From assembly GCA_013115145.1 (NCBI GenBank), contig JAAPAO010000389.1, positions 1 to 33,678 on the forward strand: DNA of 33,678 nucleotides, read 5' to 3'. This DNA is from Perkinsus chesapeaki ATCC PRA-425 (Eukaryota; Protista; Perkinsozoa). The notes under the pieces were generated by a model that saw only the letters and a list, made by a program, of their open reading frames with translations, was not told where the DNA came from and searched no databases. Within the stretch, counting starts at the first letter, position 1, and each line of letters opens with the position of its first letter. This document shows, piece by piece, positions 1 through 7,167 of the stretch. The translations under genes and the position numbers were made by a program.

Positions 1-63
1 GGGACTCGAACCCACAATCTTTGGTTCCGAAGACCAACGCCTTATCCATTAGGCCACGAGACC
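1..63 (-). tRNA. tRNA-Arg(TCG); 3' end cut by window edge
   Basis: Reverse complement reads GGTCTCGTGGCCTAATGGATAAGGCGTTGGTCTTCGGAACCAAAGATTGTGGGTTCGAGTCCC. It has a D arm, anticodon stem TTGGT/ACCAA with loop CT-TCG-GA, and T-loop GTTCGAGTCC. Confidence 0.95.
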
Positions 64-128
64 AGCGAAGACAGAACCACTCGTATTCATGCTCTAGATT
101 GATTGAAATATAATTTCACACTTCCACT

Positions 129-165
129 CGATCTCGGTGGGACTCGAACCCACAATCTTTGGTTC
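129..165 (-). pseudogene. 3' half of a second tRNA-Arg copy (about positions 37-73), 5' half missing
   Basis: GAACCAAAGATTGTGGGTTCGAGTCCCACCGAGATCG matches the first copy at a 138-bp offset, and CGAGATC pairs with the GGTCTCG acceptor. Identity stops abruptly at the anticodon loop. Confidence 0.9.
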
Positions 166-459
166 TTACTCTTCCACCTCGGACTGAATGTTAGCTCGGC
201 TCAAGCCCCATAATTCACCAAGTGATACTCATCTTTCCACTGTCACACATTTGGTGTATCCTTTTGTGTCAAAGCCGATTTGTATCTTTTTAGCGCAAGC
301 AAAGCTATGGAGGTGGTTCAATCTAGCACATGGATACCTCAAGTACGAAATCTTTGATCGTTTTTGGTCGGCGGTTTACATGTTTTGTCCTTAATGTCAT
401 GTTAAGATTGAAGGTATTTTATCAACAGTATAGAGTCATGCTAATCTCTCCTTGTATGG

Positions 460-714
460 TGTTCTTTGGTATAGTGCTCTTTGGTATAGTGCTCTTTGGT
501 ATGGTGCTCCCTGGTATCGTACTGCCTGGTATCGGACTTCGTGGTATCGGACTTCGTGGTATCGATCTTCGTGGTATCGGACTTTGTGGTATCGGACTTC
601 GTGGTCTCCCACTTCGCGGTTTCGTGATTCCTGGTCGAGTGCTTCCTGGTCGAGTGCTTCCTGGTCGAGTGCTTCCTGGTTGAGTGCTTTTTGGTTGAGT
701 GCTTCCTGGTTGAG
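460..714. repeat. 15-bp minisatellite, 17 units
   Basis: Units such as TGCTCTTTGGTATAG, GACTTCGTGGTATCG and TGCTTCCTGGTCGAG are in exact 15-bp register. This explains the pentapeptide-repeat ORFs in several frames. Confidence 0.95.
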
Positions 715-1149
715 TGTTTTCTCCCAGTAGATGCCTCGGGTGTATAACGATTGGTACACATAAATTACGTACACACGAAACTCGTACACGGAATTTTTGA
801 CTTTTAACTGGTACACCAAATTCCCGTACACTCAAATCTCTGTCGACAAAATGTGATACACCAAAAATAGGTTCAGGGCCAAGTAGTACACAAAAATTCC
901 GTTCATATGAGTGTCGTACACTAAGATTTGGTTCAGTTTGATTTCGTACTCCTCGAACTCGTACACCCGATGGCTCGTACACTTACGCGAATTTTTTCCA
1001 GTTCAGTAGGGAGATCACTTATTTTTTAATCCAAAGCTTGAGCGTTCAATCCCCAGAGGCGACATAACTGGTCAACTTTGTCTGTCCGGCGGAGCAATTA
1101 GCACTTCTGAGGAGATCAATATTGAGTCAATGCGACATTGAATTGTGTC

Positions 1150-1225
1150 GTCGGATTGGTCTAGTCGTATAAGGGCCATCTGACATGGGCCAGGCTCTCG
1201 GTTCGAATCTGACCCGGAGTATTTT
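1150..1225 (+). pseudogene. Degenerate tRNA-like sequence / Pol III box A + box B inside the TIR element
   Basis: TGGTCTAGTCG (box A-like, 1157), GGTTCGAATC (box B-like, 1200) and TTTT just downstream. Spacing is tRNA-like but the acceptor and anticodon stems pair poorly. Confidence 0.55.
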
Positions 1226-1282
1226 GAGTTAATGGGAGTGTGAGGAGCTGAAAGCCTGGGGCGAGTAAGCTGGGAATTGAAG

Positions 1283-1356
1283 CGCCGGCGGAGCCGGCGT
1301 CAAAAATTTTATAAGGCAGTTGATGCGGCCACATCAACTGCCTTTTAAAATTTTTG
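1283..1356. other. Two adjacent hairpins: CGCCGGC-GGA-GCCGGCG and a 25-bp stem with 6-nt loop
   Basis: 1301-1325 CAAAAATTTTATAAGGCAGTTGATG versus 1332-1356 CATCAACTGCCTTTTAAAATTTTTG pair with one mismatch. Confidence 0.9.
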
Positions 1357-1667
1357 GAGTGTACGAAATGAAAGTGTACGAGATATGCGTGTACGAAAAA
1401 AGTGTGGATTGAGATTTTGGTCTATGAAATGGGGGTGAATGAAGTTAAAGTGTACGAACTTTTAGTGTACTGAATGCAAGTGTACCGAGCTTATGGATAC
1501 GAGATAATAGTGAACGTACTTTTGGTGGTCGAACTGCCGATGATCTGAATAGGAGCGAACGAGCTGACTGTGTACGTGTTTCAAGCAATCGAGTTGAGTA
1601 TGAACGTGATTTATGGAGATTGAACATTAAGTGTACGTGTTTTATGTGTACCAATCGTTAACATCCC

Positions 1668-1750
1668 GATGCCTCCCAGTAGATGCCTCGCAGTAGATGT
1701 CTCCCAGTAGATGCCTCCCAGTAGATGCCTCTCAGTAGATGCCTCACAGT
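1668..1750. repeat. 14-bp minisatellite CAGTAGATGCCTCN; one further unit left of the TIR element at 721-737
   Basis: Five near-identical units at 1677-1746. The array is split by the 930-bp insertion. Confidence 0.93.
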
Positions 1751-2076
1751 CGATCCTTCTTTTTTTGTTGCTTCTTCGGTTGTTACTTACCTGCCATGTA
1801 GAGAAAGCAGTTGCATTTCATTGCTCCTCATGTCGTCGGCACAACGTTATATTGTCAATGAGATGCATAGTTTGAAGCTTTTCGTAACGAGTCTTTCGCT
1901 TTGCGTTCTTTGCCAGTCAATGCTCGTGTTTCAGTCTTTGCGTGTTCACGTTTATGCTCCCAAAGGCAACACAGTTATTCTCCAGTAATACAAGTAAGTG
2001 GACAACTCATTTCGAAGCAAGTAAGTACTGATTGAGTAGTACACGATTTTGGTATTGATCGTGTTAGAATCCAAAA

Positions 2077-3175
2077 ATGGCTCCTCGTCGTAGAATTCAA
2101 GCCAGATGTCCGTATTGCAAAAAGTTCATCGGAAAGGATGGTGTCTGTCACAGTCTGTGACAGACACCATCCTTTCCGATGTCTGTGAGTCACAGACTCT
2201 GTGACTCACAGACCAACCTGTCCCAGCAATAAGGTACACATTGTGTTTATGTATATTATATGATCCTGTTAGCCACCGGAAGCTGATCCGGAAGTGCCTG
2301 CCGAGATCGCTGCAACTCCAAAAGACGAGGTATTCAATATAAATCATTCTTGATTCCTAGCGTCTAGTAGGTTCCAGTCTCCCCTGTGGCGACCTCTGTA
2401 GCTATCTCACAACCTGAGGATCCTCAGCCTTCGCAACAGACACCGAGGACAGTTAGAAAAGGTGGTCGCATGAAGTGCCCGGAGTGTCAAAGATTTACGG
2501 GGGACGACGGATGTAAAAAGTGTGTTTAGCAGGAGACGGCTGAGGTTAGACAGCATTCTACCTCCAACCAGTTTTGGAGCAATGATTTTCAGGCTGTTCC
2601 TTCACTACCATCGGCACCTCCGGCGTCTGCCTCAGTAGCACCTACGCCTGCTCCCTCTCTGGATATTGCTTGTGGCCCTCCTCCTTCAAGCCCTCCAACA
2701 CAAGACTCCGAAGTATTTGGAAGCCAACCACTGGATGGGGGAATAGTATCAGAGGAAGATAGTGCTGGGGATTTGGATAATGGGGATGCGTTGTCGGATA
2801 ATCATAGTGCCGATATAGATAACGTCTCGCAGCACTCTGCTGTAAATGAAGTTTTAGAGGATAATGTTGAAATCTCCTGTGCGTGCGGCTTGACTGTCGT
2901 CGACACAGTCTTAATCGCTAGGCGCAATGTTCGGGGTAGAATGTACTCTCAGATGCGCGATAATCCGCCGCTAATTCCTATCTGTCGGACATGCTATAGA
3001 TATGTTTGTGTGAATGATAATCTCGGCGAGGCACCCAATAATATTCAAAATCATGTAAATTTATTAAATGGTAATGCTCAAGATCATAATACTGATATTG
3101 ATTCAAGTGATGATGATACATCCGACAGTGATGTATCGTCAGACAGTGAGGGTCAGGAAGGGAATAATCGGGGAA
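2077..3175 (+). pseudogene. Spliced gene remnant: N-terminal CPYC zinc-finger-like motif, Pro/Ser/Asp-rich linker, CxC...CxxC motif
   Basis: The ATG at 2077 reads MAPRRRIQARCPYCKKFIGKDGVCHSL* and is stopped inside a palindrome. Later exon-like segments are bounded by GT..AG. ORF 2773-3330 has SCACG...CRTC and an acidic tract. Confidence 0.45.
2127..2213. repeat. Two abutting perfect palindromes (27-bp and 16-bp arms, 1-nt centres)
   Basis: 2127-2153 / T2154 / 2155-2181 and 2181-2196 / C2197 / 2198-2213 are exact reverse complements. Confidence 0.97.
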
Positions 3176-3380
3176 GGGTTTTTTTCAACAACCCGTGTAC
3201 TTTTTCAACTACTGTTTTTGGAACTCCGGTGTTTCTCAACACTGTGCCACTACAAATTCAACGTAGTCATTCTCAACGCTCACTTGTTAAGAAATGGTGG
3301 TATGTTTTTTCAAACTTGTTGATAATGTAGTTCTCAACATTTTCATCACTTACTTTTTCAACGACTCGTTGAGAAAGTAA
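3176..3380. repeat. Array of (T/C)TCAAC motifs, probably a subterminal fragment of another TIR element
   Basis: About seven TTCAAC/CTCAAC copies plus an inverted GTTGAG near 3368. The array starts where ORF 2773-3330 changes character. Confidence 0.5.
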
Positions 3381-3649
3381 TCCGGTTGTTATTTCTTTCT
3401 TTCTGTTATTAAGTCACGCGATATTCAGGTGGGATACCCGAACGTTGTGAACTTTCCTCATGACGAGAAGAGGAGATGAGCAAAAGCTAGTCTATATTAG
3501 TAGGCAATACTACCGCCAGTATAGCATCAACTAACGTCGTTCATGCTGTAAGAATCTACGGGCACGACGAGTTAGATAGTGCAGCATAGTTGCAGGACAC
3601 TTCCGAACGCCTAGTTTGCCAATGCTAGAACCTAGGCCATCAGCTAGGA

Positions 3650-4244
3650 CCCGCTTGGTTGTGAAACCAAGCCAATATCGACGACTGGATCAACAGACCA
3701 AACTCTCATAATTGGTCACTGAGCGACTGGTCGTTGAGGATCTTATCGATCTATGCGATCAAGAGATGGGAGATTCCAGGGCTCTCTAATTACACTTACA
3801 CGTGTACGTGCCCGCTGTACGTACGATACGGTGCCTGTTATCACGCCGTAATGGTGCAAAATATATGCGAGCCAGATCAAGCAACCGACAATGCCAGTAT
3901 ATCGGTTGCTTCGCAGGTAAGTTTCGCGCACCCCATTGCCTAAGCACTATACTTCAGGCCACTGATGTGGCCTGAAGTTCAGGCCACATCAGTGCTATCG
4001 TCTCTCCGAGAGCCATGTGGGGAGGAGCAAGCTGCGTCGTCCCAACGAACCCAAGTCGAACCCAAGTATCGACAATCGTCGCGGCTTGCCCCCAGGACTG
4101 AGACGGAAGCCGATTGTGCAAGGAAGCAGTCTAATATCGGACGGTAGTAGCCGCAAGTCCGGCCGCCCATCTAAGTGGGTCCCCAGTTCGAAGAGAAAGG
4201 CCACAGACGCAGTGGCTAATCCGATGACGAACCGAGTCCGGTGA
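3650..4244 (+). pseudogene. SWIM zinc-finger remnant resembling the C-terminus of a MuDR/Mutator-like transposase
   Basis: YTCTCPLYVRYGACYHAVMV fits CxCx7CxH. It is preceded by a Trp-rich segment and followed, after a GTAAGT intron, by a basic exon with GRPSK. No DDE domain is visible. Confidence 0.6.
3951..3994. repeat. Overlapping palindromes (12-bp arms with 4-nt loop; 17-bp arms with 1-nt centre)
   Basis: ACTTCAGGCCAC-TGAT-GTGGCCTGAAGT and CACTGATGTGGCCTGAA-G-TTCAGGCCACATCAGTG. Confidence 0.97.
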
Positions 4245-4346
4245 GCAAGCACTGCTTTTCGCGCTCTTAAAGCTTATCTGAATGCTCCAGGTGTTGCGTC
4301 AGTGATATAGGAAAAGCACAATGCCCCAAAGGTTGTAGTCCACAAC

Positions 4347-6700
4347 TTGGAAACATTAGGGCCTAATCAGCTTCCTCCTATCAAGCAGACGTTGCTCTGG
4401 ACAAGTCCATCGATAATCACTACTATGCGTCTTTATATGTTGAAGAAATTTGTTCGGTCTTCTACCGACTTGGACCTTCAAGAGGTTCTCACTTTATTCC
4501 AAAAACTCCAACCAACACAAAATGATGTTTTGCGCATTCATAACTTAGTAAGACAGTATTGCCATTTCACTCGTAATTGGGATAGCGTGCCTCCAGAAGC
4601 TTTACAAATTTTTGGAAGGCGTAAAGCGGAACAAGAGGCAGTTGAGAGACAGTTGCAAAGAATAGTAGGAGATGACGCGATACAGAAAATTATAGTTCCT
4701 TCACTCGATCAGTATACCTTGGACGGGGGAAATCTTTGGATTGAGCTCAACCGAAAACGCATTATCACGAAAATGAACCGTAAACTGCAGGCACCCCAGA
4801 CAATCACATTGTACCGGGGCGCAATAATGCGCTTTACTTGTAATGACTACTCCGCCAGGAGGGCTTTTCATCAAAGTCAGCTTTGCGTGGTACGGACATT
4901 GCCGGTCGATGAGGGTAGCTTTACTGCATGGGTAGCACCACCTGGTAGAAGGAATATTCCTTCTACTGAGCAGCAATTTGTGGATGAACAGTGGCAAGAG
5001 CTGACTATCTCAAAGGTTTTCAGCATACCACAGCGCTTGGAAGGCAATATGAAAGTCAGAAGGGAGCAGTACCCTATCAGGCACTATATCGTGGCTACTA
5101 TACACAAGGTGATGGGTGACACTTTGGGAATGGTAGCGACCCAAATATCAGACAAAAAATCTACTTACAAACTATGGTTGGAGTCCCAATTGTATGTTAT
5201 TATATCGAGGGTTAAGTTTCTACATGATATATATTTTGTTGGTGATGTACAGGAGACTATGCGGGCCATTACAAGCCTTCTTCAGCAGAGTTCCCAATGG
5301 GAAGGATATGTACGGCATGTGGTTGGTATTTTAACGACTGCGGGAGCATTCGTATCATATTTTAGGTGCGCTCGATAAGAGTGGGAGATAAAATAACTTT
5401 ATGTCAGCCTTATGGAGAGGGAAATCTAGCAAAAGATGCAACAAGGCTGGTGCAAACCGATGATAGGTTGATGCCATTCCCAGACCCCGATATCCCCCGC
5501 CCCCTCCCCACCGAGACCACAGCCCGCTATTCGTTCGGTGTAATCATTGCTGATACTATCGAAATTACAAAGTTTGGTCTGGTAATGGGCACATGTGGTG
5601 GGAGATTATGCGATAGTCTCTATGGTATGCGTTGTCCTTGCCTGGCCACCCCGAGAATATCTTCATGGGTGATGCGATTGGCTGTGGAGACACAGTCTGT
5701 GAATGCTGAACTGTCGATCAGTAGCAGTTTAACAACAGAATTGGTAGCTACGAACAATATAAGAACGGTAATCTATGTAGGTTTTTATTTCATGGTTTAG
5801 TCTTGTTGCAGGTACCTCTCGAGTCTACAATGGTAGAAGCACTCTCCGTTTCCGACATTGCTGACAATCTTGTACAACAAGTTAATGGCGAAGGGGGGTG
5901 GACCTTAATTGTTTGGTCTAAGTCCGCTCACGGAGATGCTGAAAGTGGCATTAGACCACCTAAATACCACCTTATCCGCTTACTCTCTTCTAATTTGACT
6001 CCAGCTATGGCAAATATTCTAAATGCGCAGAGGTATTTTTCATATGATAAGTACTCAGTAATTCTTGTTCATCCTATTTCAGATATCAAGGAGAACCGCT
6101 CCCCCCAGATGCTGTTCCTCAACAGCCTCAAGTCCCACAACAGCATCAAGTGCCTCAGCCAGCTCAAGTACCACAACAGCCTCAATTACACCAACAGCCT
6201 CAGGTCCCCCAACAGCCGCCAGTCCCCCTACAGCCGTTAGCCCAGCAACAGCAAGTTCAAGGAGGCCAACAACAGCAAAACTTTGTGGTCAACCAGGGAA
6301 ACAATGGACAGCAGGTAGTGCAACAGTTTTATAATTACAATTTTCTTTGTAATTAATATCACTAATATATTCTTAGGTTGCGGCCAATGCCCATGACCAG
6401 CATGAGCACGCAGGACAAGGAGGACAACAGGTATGGAAACGTCAGAGCTTTCGCAATCTTTAGCGCATGCCTAGGCTGGGACTGGTGCTCAGCAACAACA
6501 GCGAGGAGTCACAAATCGCACTTACTACTATAGCATAGAAAGACTCCGGTTTCAAAACTATTTAAATAGGGTTCGGCAAAACGCTTATAATACATCTCCT
6601 CAAGTATTGTATCATGTGTCCGATTTTTCTAAGTATCGTATGGTGTAATTCAGGTTGTAGGAGGACAAGTGGAAGCAGATGAAGAATTAGAAGAAGCATG
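4347..6700 (+). pseudogene. 5'-truncated PIF1-family (SF1B) helicase with unknown C-terminal domain and Q/P-rich tail, spliced
   Basis: Motif III-like GPNQLPPI, motif IV-like LKKFVRSSTD, and motif V/VI-like YPIRHYIVATIHKVMGDTL and QLYVIISRV. No Walker A/B. Plausible GT-AG introns join ORFs 5366-5800, 5803-6240 and 6150-6356. The 3' end is uncertain. Confidence 0.75.
6110..6290 (+). repeat. Imperfect 18-bp coding repeat (PQQPQV-type)
   Basis: CCTCAAGTCCCACAACAG-like units translate as VPQQPQVPQQ... Confidence 0.75.
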
Positions 6701-7134
6701 AGGAGGCTTGGAAAGCTGGTGAAATGCCACATAGTGTTCGCAATGTTGTTTCATGAGCTACTTTGTTTCTTGTCTCCACACGCATTAGTTGAGTTAAAGA
6801 ATGAGTTAGGCCTATTTTAAGGACGTCCTCTAGTAATATCTTGCTGATTTACATTTGTTGTACTCGAGAGTACTACAGGTTGAACTTTCCCGATGTCCAA
6901 GTGCGATATTGAAGCAAATTTGGAATTGATAACTTAGTAGAGTTCTCTCTGTCCGAGATTTGAAATAATTTCAGTGTGGTTTGATTTACAATTTCTGAGC
7001 TTTCCGGAACTATCATTGCCAGCAACTGGGGTGACACTTCGAAGCCCCTCGTCTATACAGTTGTAGGTCCTAACTACTCGTGCATATGTCCACATATGTA
7101 TGTGCGCTGATATTTGTCATCTCTATTGAAGATG

Positions 7135-7167
7135 ACAGTAGGACTCCTACTGTAGGAGTCCGACTGT
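7135..7167. repeat. Overlapping palindromes (9-bp and 10-bp arms, 1-nt centres)
   Basis: ACAGTAGGA-C-TCCTACTGT and GGACTCCTAC-T-GTAGGAGTCC. Confidence 0.9.

Larger units (their letters stand above)
738..1667. mobile_element. Non-autonomous TIR DNA element (MITE-like), 930 bp, 8-bp TSD GATGCCTC
   Basis: Left end GGGTGTATAACGATTGGTACACATAAATTACGTACAC versus right end reverse complement GGGATGTTAACGATTGGTACACATAAAACACGTACAC. GATGCCTC lies directly outside both ends (730-737 and 1668-1675). Nine GTACAC copies on the left and nine GTGTAC copies on the right. Confidence 0.9.

Noticed and set aside
64-165. Permuted or trans-spliced (split) tRNA-Arg
   Set aside because: The 5' half downstream of the 3' half is part of a complete, contiguous tRNA. 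There are no complementary leader/trailer sequences. A broken tandem copy is simpler.
190-204. TAGCTCGGCTCAAG resembles the 3' end of the perkinsid/dinoflagellate spliced leader (..TGGCTCAAG)
   Set aside because: Only 8 contiguous bases match. There is no GT donor, SL-RNA structure or downstream retro-copied ORF.
330-982. Six overlapping ORFs of 92-186 aa
   Set aside because: They are a by-product of the stop-free 15-bp repeat. The longest run from the TIR element into the satellite across an insertion boundary.
1668-1750. CRISPR-like array
   Set aside because: The units are contiguous with no unique spacers, there are no cas genes, and the context is eukaryotic.
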